From the NCBI RefSeq assembly GCF_009914755.1, contig NC_060932.1: 64,000 bases of DNA; one strand, given 5' to 3'. This DNA comes from the human T2T-CHM13v2.0 reference genome, Homo sapiens. Under the pieces are notes generated by a model that worked only from the letters and a program-made list of their open reading frames with translations, was not told where the DNA came from and did not search any database. Positions 1 to 12,587 of the stretch are shown piece by piece (positions within the stretch are counted from its first letter, which is position 1; the number at the start of each line of letters is the position of its first letter). The position numbers were made by a program, and so were the translations under genes.

Positions 1-17
1 TCTTTAGGAATCTGCAA

Positions 18-3000
18 GTGGATATTTGGATAGATTTGAGGATTTCGTTGGAAAAGGGATTATATATAAAAAGTAGACAGCAGCATTCTCAGAAACTTCT
101 TTGTGATGTTTGCATCCAGCTCTCAGAGTTGAACATTCCCTTTCATAGAGTAGGTTTGAAACCCCCTTTTTATACTGTCTGGAAGCGGGCATTTGGAGCG
201 CTTTCAGGCCTATGCTGAAAAAGGAATTATCTACCTACAGAAACTAGACAGAAGCATTCTGAGAATCACGTTTGTGATGTGGGTACTCAACTAACAGTGT
301 TGATCCATTCTTTTGATACAGCAGTTTTGAACCACCCTTTTTGTAGAATCTGCAAGTGGATATTTGGATAGCTGTGAGGATTTCGTTGGAAACGGGAATG
401 TCTTCATAGAAAATTTAGACAGAAGCATTCTCAGAACCTGGATTGTGATGTGAGTTCTCCACTAACAGAGTTGAACCTTTCTTTGGACAGAACTGATTTG
501 AAACATTCTTTTTATAGAATCTGGAAGTGGATATTTGGAAAGTTTTGAGGATTTCGTTGGAAATGGGAATATCTTCAAATAAAATCTAGCCAGAAGCATT
601 CTAAGAAACATCTTAGGGATGTTTACATTCAAGTCACAGAGTTGAACATTCCCCTTTCTCAGAGCAGGTTTGAAACAATCATCTCGTACTATCTGGCAGT
701 GGACATTTTGAGCTCCTTGCGGCCTATGCTGAAAAAGGAAATATCTTCCGACAAAAACTAGACAGAAGCATTCGCAGAATCACGTTTGTGATGTGTGCAC
801 TCAACTGTCAGAATTGAACCTTGGTTTGGACAGAGCACTTTTGAAACACTCTTTTTGTAGAATCTGCAGGTGGATATTTGGCTAGCTTTGAGGATTTCGT
901 TGGAAACGGTAATGTCTTCAAAGAAAATCTAGACAGAAACATCCTCAGAAACACCTTCGTGATGTTTGCAATCAAGTCACAGAGTTGAACCTTCCGTTTC
1001 ATAGAGCAGGTTGGAAACACTCATTTTGTAGTATCTGGAAGTGGACATTTGGAGCGCTTTCAGGCCTATGGTGTAAAAGGAAATATCTTCCCATAAAAGC
1101 GACATAGAAGCTATCTCAGGAACTTGTTTATGATGCATCTAATCAACTAACAGTGTTGAACCTTTGTACTGACAGAGCAGTTTGAAACACTCTTTTTTTG
1201 GAATCTGCAAGTGGATATTTGGATCGCTTTGAGGATTTCGTTGGAAACGGGATGCAATATAAAACGTACACAGCAGCATACTCAGAAAATACTTTGCCAT
1301 ATTTCCATTCAAGTCACAGAGTGGAACATTCCCATTCATAGAGCAGGTTTGAAACACTTTTTTTGGAGTGTCTGGAAGTGGACATTTGGAGCGCTTTCAG
1401 AACTATGGTGAAAAAGGAAATATCTTCCAATGAAAACAAGACAGAAGCATTCTGAGAAACTTATTTGTGATGCGTGTCCTCAACTAACGGACTCGAACCT
1501 TTCGTTTCATGCAGTACTTCTGGAACACTCTTTTTGAAGATTCTGCATGCGGATATTTGGATAGCTTTGAGGATTTCGTTGGAAACGGGCTTACATATAA
1601 AAATTAGACAGCAGCATTCTCAGAAACTTCTTTGTGGTGTCTGCATTCAAGTCACAGAATTGAACATCCCCTCACATAGAGCAGTTGTGCAGCACTCTAT
1701 TTGTAGTATCTCGAAGTGGACATTTGGAGGGCTTTGTAGCCTATCTGGAAAAAGGAAATATCTTCCCATGAATGCGAGATAGAAGTAATCTCAGAAACAT
1801 GTTTATGCTGTATCTACTCAACTAACTGTGCTGAACATTTCTATTGATAGAGCAGTTTTGAGACACTCTTCTTTTGGAATCTGCAAGTGGATATTTGGAT
1901 AGATTTGAGGATTTCGTTGGAAACGGGATTATATATCAAAAGTAGACAGCAGCATTCTCAGAAACTTCTTTGTGATGTTTGCATCCAGCTCTCAGAGTTG
2001 AACATTCCCTTTCATAGAGTAGGTTTGAAACCCCCTTTTTATAGTGTCTGGAAGCGGGCATTTGGAGCGCTTTCAGGCCTATGCTGAAAAAGGAAATATC
2101 TACCTACAGAAACTAGACAGAAGCATTCTGAGAATCACGTTTGTGATGTGGGTACTCAACTAACAGTGTTGATCCATTCTTTTCATACAGCAGTTTTGAA
2201 CCACACTTTTTGTAGAATGTGCAAGTGGATATTTGGATAGCTGTGAGGATTTCGTTGGAAACGGGAATGTCTTCATAGAAAATTTAGACAGGAGCATTCT
2301 CAGAACCTGGATTGTGATGTGTGTTCTCCACTAACAGAGTTGAACCTTTCTTTTGACAGAACTGTTTTGAAACATTCTTTTTAGAGAATCTGGAAGTGGT
2401 TATTTGGAAAGCTTTGAGGATTTCGTTGGAAACGGGAATATCTTCAAATAAAATCTAGCCAGAAGCATTCTAAGAAACATCTTAGGGATGTTTACATTCA
2501 AGTCACAGAGTTGAACATTCCCCTTTCTCAGAGCAGGTTTGAAACAATCTTCTCGTACTATCTGGCAGTGGACATTTTGAGCTCCTTGGCGCCTATGCTG
2601 AAAAAGGAAATATCTTCTGACAAAAACTAGACAGAAGCATTCGCAGAATCACGTTTGTGATGTGTGCACTCAACTGTCAGAATTGAACCTTTGTTTGGAC
2701 AGAGCACTTTTGAAACTCTCTTTGTAGAATCTGCAGGTGGATATTTGGCTAGCTTTGAGGATTTCTTTGGAAACGGTAATGTCTTCGAAGAAAATCTAGA
2801 CAGAAACATCCTCAGAAACACCTTCGTGATGTTTGCAATCAAGTCACAGAGTTGAACCTTCCGTTTCATAGAGCAGGTTGGAAACACTCTTATTGTAGTA
2901 TCTGGAAGTGGACATTTGGAGCGCTTTCAGGCCTATGGTGTAAAAGGAAATATCTTCCCATAAAAGCGACATAGAAGCTATCTCAGGAACTTGTTTATGA

Positions 3001-5621
3001 TGCATCTAATCAACTAACAGTGTTGAACCTTTGTACTGACAGAGCAGTATGAAACACTCTTTTTTTGGAATCTGCAAGTGGATATTTGGATCGCTTTGAG
3101 GATTTCGTTGGAAACGGGATGCAATATAAAACGTACACAGCAGCATACTCAGAAAATACTTTGCCATATTTCCATTCAAGTCACAGAGTGGAACATTCCC
3201 ATTCATAGAGCAGGTTTGAAACACTCTTTTTGGAGTATCTGGAAGTGGACATTTGGAGCGCTTTCTGAACTATGGTGAAAAAGGAAATATCTTCCAATGA
3301 AAACAAGACAGAAGCATTCTGAGAAACTTATTTGTGATGCGTGTCCTCAACTAACGGACTCGAACCTTTCGTTTCATGCAGTACTTCTGGAACACTCTTT
3401 TTGAAGATTCTGCATGCGGATATTTGGATAGCTTTGAGGATTTCGTTGGAAACGGGCTTACATATAAAAATTAGACAGCAGCATTCTCAGAAACTTCTTT
3501 GTGGTGTCTGCATTCAAGTCACAGAATTGAACATCCCCTCACATAGAGCAGTTGTGCAGCACTCTCTTTGTAGTATCTCGAAGTGGACATTTGGAGGGCT
3601 TTGTAGCCTATCTGGAAAAAGGAAATATCTTCCCATGAATGCGAGATAGAAGTAATCTCAGAAACATGTTTATGCTGTATCTACTCAACTAACTGTGCTG
3701 AACATTTCTATTGATAGAGCAGTTTTGAGACACTCTTCTTTTGGAATCTGCAAGTGGATATTTGGATAGATTTGAGGATTTCGTTGGAAACGGGATTATA
3801 TATAAAAAGTAGACAGCAGCATTCTCAGAAACTTCTTTGTGATGTTTGCATCCAGCTCTCAGAGTTGAACATTCCCTTTCATAGATTAGGTTTGAAACCC
3901 CCTTTTTATAGTGTCTGGAAGCGGGCATGTGGAGCGCTTTCAGGCCTATGCTGAAAAAGGAAATATCTACCTACAGAAACTAGACAGAAGCATTCTGAGA
4001 ATCACGTTTGTGATGTGGGTACTCAACTAACAGTGTTGATCCATTCTTTTGATACAGCGGTTTTGAACCACACTTTTTGTAGAATCTGCAAGTGGATATT
4101 TGGATAGCTGTGAGGATTTCGTTGGAAACGGGAATGTCCTCATAGAAAATTTAGACAGAAGCATTCTCAGAACCTTGATTGTGATGTGTGTTCTCCACTA
4201 ACAGAGTTGAACCTTTCTTTTGACAGAACTGTTCTGAAACATTCTTTTTATAGAATCTGGAAGTGGATATTTGGAAAGCTTTGAGGATTTCGTTGGAAAC
4301 GGGAATATCTTCAAATAAAATCTAGCCAGAAGCATTCTAAGAAACATCTTAGGGATGTTTACATTCAAGTCACAGAGTTGAACATTCCCTTTCACAGAGC
4401 AGGTTTGAAACAATCTTCTCGTACTATCTGGCAGTGGACATTTTGAGCTCCTTGGGGCCTATGCTGAAAAAGGAAATATCTTCCGACAAAAACTAGACAG
4501 AAGCATTCGCAGAATCACGTTTGTGATGTGTGCACTCAACTGTCAGAATTGAACCTTGGTTTGGACAGAGCACTTTTGAAACACTCTTTTTGTAGAATCT
4601 GCAGGTGGATATTTGGCTAGCTTTGAGGATTTCGTTGGAAACGGTAATGTCTTCAAAGAAAATCTAGACAGAAGCATTCTCAGAAACACCTTCGTGATGT
4701 TTGCAATCAAGTCACAGAGTTGAACCTTCCGTTTCATAGAGCAGGTTGGAAACACTCTTTTTGTAGTATCTGGAAGTGGACATTTGGAGCGCTTTCAGGC
4801 CTATGGTGAAAAAGGAAATATCTTCCCATAAAAACGACATAGAAGCTATCTCAGGAACTTGTTTATGATGCATCTAATCAACTAACAGTGTTGAACCTTT
4901 GTACTGACAGAGCAGTTTGAAACACTCTTTTTTTGGAATCTGCAAGTGGATATTAGGATCGCTTTGAGGATTTCGTTGGAAACGGGATGCAATATAAAAC
5001 GTACACAGCAGCATACTCAGAAAATACTTTGCCATATTTCCATTCAAGTCACAGAGTGGAACATTCCCATTCATAGAGCAGGTTGGAAACACTCTTTTTG
5101 GAGTATCTGGAAGTGGACATTTGGAGCGCTTTCTGAACTATGGTGAAAAAGGAAATATCTTCCAATGAAAACAAGACAGAAGCATTCTGAGAAACTTATT
5201 TGTGATGTGTGTCCTCAACAAACGGACTTGAACCTTTCGTTTCATGCAGTACTTCTGGAACACTCTTTTTGAAGATTCTGCATGCGGATATTTGGATAGC
5301 TTTGAGGATTTCGTTGGAAACGGGCTTACATGTAAAAATTAGACAGCAGCATTCTCAGAAACTTCTTTGTGGTGTCTGCATTCAAGTCACAGAATTGAAC
5401 ATCCCCTCACATAGAGCAGTTGTGCAGCACTCTATTTGTAGTATCTCGAAGTGGACATTTGGAGGGCTTTGTAGCCTATCTGGAAAAAGGAAATATCTTC
5501 CCATGAATGCGAGATAGAAGTAATCTCAGAAACATGTTTATGCTGTATCTACTCAACTAACTGTGCTGAACATTTCTATTGATAGAGCAGTTTTGAGACA
5601 CTCTTCTTTTGGAATCTGCAA
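18..5621 (+). repeat. Three 11-mer HOR units (1869, 1867, 1868 bp); the first two are a diverged subtype
   Basis: Ruler monomer starts at 18, 1887, 3754, 5622. Units 1-2 share alleles absent from later units (CCCCTTTCTCAG, AAACATCCTCAG, GTGTAAAAGG, AAAAGCGACAT, GATGCGTGTCC, GGACTCGAAC, TTACATATAAA). Confidence 0.92.
4801..4817 (+). promoter_or_regulatory. pJ-alpha box of an A-type monomer (representative)
   Basis: CTATGGTGAAAAAGGAA matches the pJ-alpha motif CTAYGGTGRAAAAGGAA, at the position homologous to the CENP-B box in alternate monomers. Confidence 0.8.
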
Positions 5622-6814
5622 GTGGATATTTGGATAGATTTGAGGATTTCGTTGGAAACGGGATTATATATAAAAAGTAGACAGCAGCATTCTCAGAAAC
5701 TTCTTTGTGATGTTTGCATCCAGCTCTCAGAGTTGAACATTCCCTTTCATAGAGTAGGTTTGAAACCCTCCTTTTATAGTGTCTGGAAGCGGGCATTTGG
5801 AGCGCTTTCAGGCCTATGCTGAAAAAGGAAATATCTACCTATAGAAACTAGACAGAAGCATTCTGAGAATCACGTTTGTGATGTGGGTACTCAACTAACA
5901 GTGTTGATCCATTCTTTTGATACAGCAGTTTTGAACCACACTTTTTGTAGAATCTGCAAGTGGATATTTGGATAGCTGTGAGGATTTCGTTGGAAACGGG
6001 AATGTCTTCATAGAAAATTTAGACAGAAGCATTCTCTGAACCTTGATTGTGATGTGTGTTCTCCACTAACAGAGTTGAACCTTTCTTTTGACAGAACTGT
6101 TCTGAAACATTCTTTTTATAGAATCTGGAAGTGGATATTTGGAAAGCTTTGAGGATTTCGTTGGAAACGGGAATATCTTCAAATAAAATCTAGCCAGAAG
6201 CATTCTAAGAAACATCTTAGGGATGTTTACATTCAAGTCACAGAGTTCAACATTCCCTTTCACAGAGCAGGTTTGAAACAATCTTCTCGTACTATCTGGC
6301 AGTGGACATTTTGAGCTCCTTGGGGCCTATGCTGAAAAAGGAAATATCTTCCGACAAAAACTAGACAGAAGCATTCGCAGAATCACGTTTGTGATGTGTG
6401 CACTCAACTGTCACAATTGAACCTTGGTTTGGACAGAGCACTTTTGAAACACTCTTTTTGTAGAATCTGCAGGTGGATATTTGGCTAGCTTTGAGGATTT
6501 CGTTGGAAACGGTAATGTCTTCAAAGAAAATCTAGACAGAAGCATTCTCAGAAACACCTTCGTGATGTTTGCAATCAAGTCACAGAGTTGAACCTTCCGT
6601 TTCATAGAGCAGGTTGGAAACACTCTTTTTGTAGTATCTGGAAGTGGACATTTGGAGGGCTTTGTAGCCTATCTGGAAAAAGGAAATATCTTCCCATGAA
6701 TGCGAGATAGAAGTAATCTCAGAAACATGTTTATGCTGTATCTACTCAACTAACTGTGCTGAACATTTCTATTGATAGAGCAGTTTTGAGACACTCTTCT
6801 TTTGGAATCTGCAA
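5622..6814 (+). repeat. Representative 7-mer HOR variant (11-mer minus 675 bp / 4 monomers)
   Basis: After CCTTCCGTTTCATAGAGCAGG...GGACATTTGGAG the sequence continues GGCTTTGTAGCC (~6658) instead of CGCTTTCAGGCC, skipping four monomers. Confidence 0.93.
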
Positions 6815-8170
6815 GTGGATATTTGGATAGATTTGAGGATTTCGTTGGAAACGGGATTATATATAAAAAGTAGACAGCAGCATTCTCAGAAACTTCTTTG
6901 TGATGTTTGCATCCAGCTCTCAGAGTTGAGCATTCCCTTTCATAGAGTAGGTTTGAAACCCTCTTTTTATAGTGTCTGGAAGCGGGCATTTGGAGCGCTT
7001 TCAGGCCTATGCTTAAAATAGGAAATATCTACCTACAGAAACTAGACAGAAGCATTCTGAGAATCACGTTTGTGATGTGGGTACTCAACTAACAATGTTG
7101 ATCCATTCTTTTGATACAGCAGTTTTGAACCACACTTTTTGTAGAATCTGCAAGAGGATATTTGGATAGCTGTGAGGATTTCGTTGGAAACGGGAATGTC
7201 TTCAAAGAAAATCTAGACAGAAGCATTCTCAGAAACACCTTCGTGATGTTTGCAATCAAGTCACAGAGTTGAACCTTCCGTTTCATAGAGCAGGTTGGAA
7301 ACACTCTTATTGTAGTATCTGGAAGTGGACATTTGGAGCGCTTTCAGGCCTATGGTGAAAAAGGAAATATCTTCCCATAAAAACGACATAGAAGCTATCT
7401 CAGGAACTTGTTTATGATGCATCTAATCAACTAACAGTGTTGAACCTTTGTACTGACAGAGCAGTTTGAAACACTCTTTTTTTGGAATCTGCAAGTGGAT
7501 ATTTGGATCGCTTTGAGGATTTCGTTGGAAACGGGATGCAATATAAAACGTACACAGCAGCATACTCAGAAAATACTTTGCCATATTTCCATTCAAGTCA
7601 CAGAGTGGAACATTCCCATTCATAGAGCAGGTTGGAAACACTCTTTTTGGAGTATCTGGAAGTGGACATTTGGAGCGCTTTCTGAACTGTGGTGAAAAAG
7701 GAAATATCTTCCAATGAAAACAAGACAGAAGCATTCTGAGAAACTTATTTGTGATGTGTGTCCTCAACAAACGGACTTGAACCTTTCGTTTCATGCAGTA
7801 CTTCTGGAACACTCTTTTTGAAGATTCTGCATGCGGATATTTGGATAGCTTTGAGGATTTCGTTGGAAACGGGCTTACATGTAAAAATTAGACAGCAGCA
7901 TTCTCAGAAACTTCTTTGTGGTGTCTGCATTCAAGTCACAGAATTGAACATCCCCTCACATAGAGCAGTTGTGCAGCACTCTATTTGTAGTATCTGGAAG
8001 TGGACATTTGGAGGGCTTTGTAGCCTATCTGGAAAAAGGAAATATCTTCCCATGAATGCGAGATAGAAGTAATCTCAGAAACATGTTTATGCTGTATCTA
8101 CTCAACTAACTGTGCTGAACATTTCTATTGATAGAGCAGTTTTGAGACACTCTTCTTTTGGAATCTGCAA
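6815..8170 (+). repeat. Representative 8-mer HOR variant (11-mer minus 512 bp / 3 monomers)
   Basis: Hybrid monomer GGATAGCTGTGAGG...AAACGGG|AATGTCTTCA|AAGAAAATC at ~7165-7215. Diagnostic alleles GCTTAAAATAGG (~7011) and GCAAGAGGATA (~7155). Confidence 0.93.
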
Positions 8171-11100
8171 GTGGATATTTGGATAGATTTGAGGATTTCG
8201 TTGGAAACGGGATTATATATCAAAAGTAGACAGCAGCATTCTCAGAAACTTCTTTGTGATGTTTGCATCCAGCTCTCAGAGTTGAACATTCCCTTTCATA
8301 GAGTAGGTTTGAAACCCTCTTTTTATAGTGTCTGGAAGCGGGCATTTGGAGCGCTTTCAGGCCTATGCTGAAAAAGGAAATATCTACCTATAGAAACTAG
8401 ACAGAAGCATTCTGAGAATCACGTTTGTGATGTGGGTACTCAACTAACAGTGTTGATCCATTCTTTTGATACAGCAGTTTTGAACCACACTTTTTGTAGA
8501 ATCTGCAAGTGGATATTTGGATAGCTGTGAGGATTTCGTTGGAAACGGGAATGTCTTCATAGAAAATTTAGACAGAAGCATTCTCAGAACTTTGATTGTG
8601 ATGTGTGTTCTCCACTAACAGAGTTGAACCTTTCTTTTGACAGAACTGTTCTGAAACATTCTTTTTATAGAATCTGGAAGTGGATATTTGGAAAGCTTTG
8701 AGGATTTCGTTGGAAACGGGAATATCTTCAAATAAAATCTAGCCAGAAGCATTCTAAGAAACATCTTAGGGATGTTTACATTCAAGTCACAGAGTTGAAC
8801 ATTACCTTTCACAGAGCAGGTTTGAAACAATCTTCTCGTACTATCTGGCAGTGGACATTTTGAGCTCTTTGGGGCCTATGCTGAAAAAGGAAATATCTTC
8901 CGACAAAAACTAGACAGAAGCATTCGCAGAATCACGTTTGTGATGTGTGCACTCAACTGTCACAATTGAACCTTGGTTTGGACAGAGCACTTTTGAAACA
9001 CTCTTTTTGTAGAATCTGCAGGTGGATATTTGGCTAGCTTTGAGGATTTCGTTGGAAACGGTAATGTCTTCAAAGAAAATCTAGACAGAAGCATTCTCAG
9101 AAACACCTTCGTGATGTTTGCAATCAAGTCACAGAGTTGAACCTTCCGTTTCATAGAGCAGGTTGGAAACACTCTTTTTGTAGTATCTGGAAGTGGACAT
9201 TTGGAGGGCTTTGTAGCCTATCTGGAAAAAGGAAATATCTTCCCATGAATGCGAGATAGAAGTAATCTCAGAAACATGTTTATGCTGTATCTACTCAACT
9301 AACTGTGCTGAACATTTCTATTGATAGAGCAGTTTTGAGACACTCTTCTTTTGGAATCTGCAAGTGGATATTTGGATAGATTTGAGGATTTCGTTGGAAA
9401 CGGGATTATATATCAAAAGTAGACAGCAGCATTCTCAGAAACTTCTTTGTGATGTTTGCATCCAGCTCTCAGAGTTGAACATTCCCTTTCATAGAGTAGG
9501 TTTGAAACCCTCTTTTTATAGTGTCTGGAAGCGGGCATTTGGAGCGCTTTCAGGCCTATGCTGAAAAAGGAAATATCTACCTATAGAAACTAGACAGAAG
9601 CATTCTGAGAATCACGTTTGTGATGTGGGTACTCAACTAACAGTGTTGATCCATTCTTTTGATACAGCAGTTTTGAACCACACTTTTTGTAGAATCTGCA
9701 AGTGGATATTTGGATAGCTGTGAGGATTTCGTTGGAAACGGGAATGTCTTCATAGAAAATTTAGACAGAAGCATTCTCAGAACCTTGATTGTGATGTGTG
9801 TTCTCCACTAACAGAGTTGAACCTTTCTTTTGACAGAACTGTTCTGAAACATTCTTTTTATAGAATCTGGAAGTGGATATTTGGAAAGCTTTGAGGATTT
9901 CATTGGAAACGGGAATATCTTCAAATAAAATCTAGCCAGAAGCATTCTAAGAAACATCTTAGGGATGTTTACATTCAAGTCACAGAGTTGAACATTCCCT
10001 TTCACAGAGCAGGTTTGAAACAATCTTCTCGTACTATCTGGCAGTGGACATTTTGAGCTCCTTGTGGCCTATGCTGAAAAAGGAAATATCTTCCGACAAA
10101 AACTAGACAGAAGCATTCGCAGAATCACGTTTGTGATGTGTGCACTCAACTGTCAGAATTGAACCTTGGTTTGGACAGAGCACTTTTGAAACACTCTTTT
10201 TGTAGAATCTGCAGGTGGATATTTGGCTAGCTTTGAGGATTTCGTTGGAAACGGTAATGTCTTCACAGAAAATCTAGACAGAAGCATTCTCAGAAACACC
10301 TTCGTGATGTTTGCAATCAAGTCACAGAGTTGAACCTTCCGTTTCATAGAGCAGGTTGGAAACACTCTTTTTGTAGTATCTGGAAGTGGACATTTGGAGA
10401 GCTTTCAGGCCTATGGTGAAAAAGGAAATATCTTCCCATAAAAACGACATAGAATCTATCTCAGGAACTTGTTTATGATGCATCTAATCAACTAACAGTG
10501 TTGAACCTTTGTACTGACAGAGCAGTTTGAAACACTCTTTTTTTGGAATCTGCAAGTGGATATTTGGATCGCTTTGAGGATTTCGTTGGAAACGGGATGC
10601 AATATAAAACGTACACAGCAGCATACTCAGAAAATACTTTGCCATATTTCCATTCAAGTCACAGAGTGGAACATTCCCATTCATAGAGCAGGTTTGATAC
10701 ACTCTTTTTGGAGTATCTGGAAGTGGACATTTGGAGCGCTTTCTGAACTAAGGTGAAAAAGGAAATATCTTCCAATGAAAACAAGACAGAAGCATTCTGA
10801 GAAACTTATTTGTGATGTGTGTCCTCAACAAACGGACTTGAACCTTTCGTTTCATGCAGTACTTCTGGAACACTCTTTTTGAAGATTCTGCATGCGGATA
10901 TTTGGATAGCTTTGAGGATTTCGTTGGAAACGGGCTTACATGTAAAAATTAGACAGCAGCATTCTCAGAAACTTCTTTGTGGTGTCTGCATTCAAGTCAC
11001 AGAATTGAAATTCCCCTCACATAGAGCAGTTGTGCAGCACTCTATTTGTAGTATCTGGAAGTGGACATTTGGAGGGCTTTGTAGCCTATCTGGAAAAAGG

Positions 11101-12587
11101 AAATATCTTCCCATGAATGCGAGATAGAAGTAATCTCAGAAACATGTTTATGCTGTATCTACTCAACTAACTGTGCTGAACATTTCTATTGATAGAGCAG
11201 TTTTGAGACACTCTTCTTTTGGAATCTGCAAGTGGATATTTGGATAGATTTGAGGATTTCGTTGGAAACGGGATTATATATAAAAAGTAGACAGCAGCAT
11301 TCTCAGAAACTTCTTTGTGATGTTTGCATCCAGCTCTCAGAGTTGAGCATTCCCTTTCATAGAGTAGGTTTGAAACCCTCTTTTTATAGTGTCTGGAAGC
11401 GGGCATTTGGAGCGCTTTCAGGCCTATGCTTAAAATAGGAAATATCTACCTACAGAAACTAGACAGAAGCATTCTGAGAATCACGTTTGTGATGTGGGTA
11501 CTCAACTAACAGTGTTGATCCATTCTTTTGATACAGCAGTTTTGAACCACACTTTTTGTAGAATCTGCAAGAGGATATTTGGATAGCTGTGAGGATTTCG
11601 TTGGAAACGGGAATGTCTTCTAAGAAAATCTAGACAGAAGCATTCTCAGAAACACCTTCGTGATGTTTGCAATCAAGTCACAGAGTTGAACCTTCCGTTT
11701 CATAGAGCAGGTTGGAAACACTCTTATTGTAGTATCTGGAAGTGGACATCTGGAGCGCTTTCAGGCCTATGGTGAAAAAGGAAATATCTTCCCATAAAAA
11801 CGACATAGAAGCTATCTCAGGAACTTGTTGATGATGCATCTAATCAACTAACAGTGTTGAACCTTTGTACTGACAGAGCAGTTTGAAACACTCTTTTTTT
11901 GGAATCTGCAAGTGGATATTTGGATCGCTTTGAGGATTTCGTTGGAAACGGGATGCAATATAAAACGTACACAGCAGCATACTCAGAAAATACTTTGCCA
12001 TATTTCCATTCAAGTCACAGAGTGGAACATTCCCATTCATAGAGCAGGTTGGAAACACTCTTTTTGGAGTATCTGGAAGTGGACATTTGGAGCGCTTTCT
12101 GAACTATGGTGAAAAAGGAAATATCTTCCAATGAAAACAAGACAGAAGCATTCTGAGAAACTTATTTGTGATGTGTGTCCTCAACAAACGGACTTGAACC
12201 TTTCGTTTCATGCAGTACTTCTGGAACACTCTTTTTGAAGATTCTGCATGCGGATATTTGGATAGCTTTGAGGATTTCGTTGGAAACGGGCTTACATGTA
12301 AAAATTAGACAGCAGCATTCTCAGAAACTACTTTGTGGTGTCTGCATTCAAGTCACAGAATTGAACTTCCCCTCACATAGAGCAGTTGTGCAGCACTCTA
12401 TTTGTAGTATCTCGAAGTGGACATTTGGAGGGCTTTGTAGCCTATCTGGAAAAAGGAAATATCTTCCCATGAATGCGAGATAGAAGTAATCTCAGAAACA
12501 TGTTTATGCTGTATCTACTCAACTAACTGTGCTGAACATTTCTATTGATAGAGCAGTTTTGAGACACTCTTCTTTTGGAATCTGCAA

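Noticed and set aside
60-72. TATA-like TATATATAAAAA after a CENP-B box
   Set aside because: It is a fixed part of one HOR monomer repeated in nearly every unit; sequence alone gives no evidence of promoter activity.
7423-7812. Longest ORF (129 aa, minus strand)
   Set aside because: It comes from a single SNV (AACTGTGG at 7689) that removes a stop codon; nothing supports coding function.
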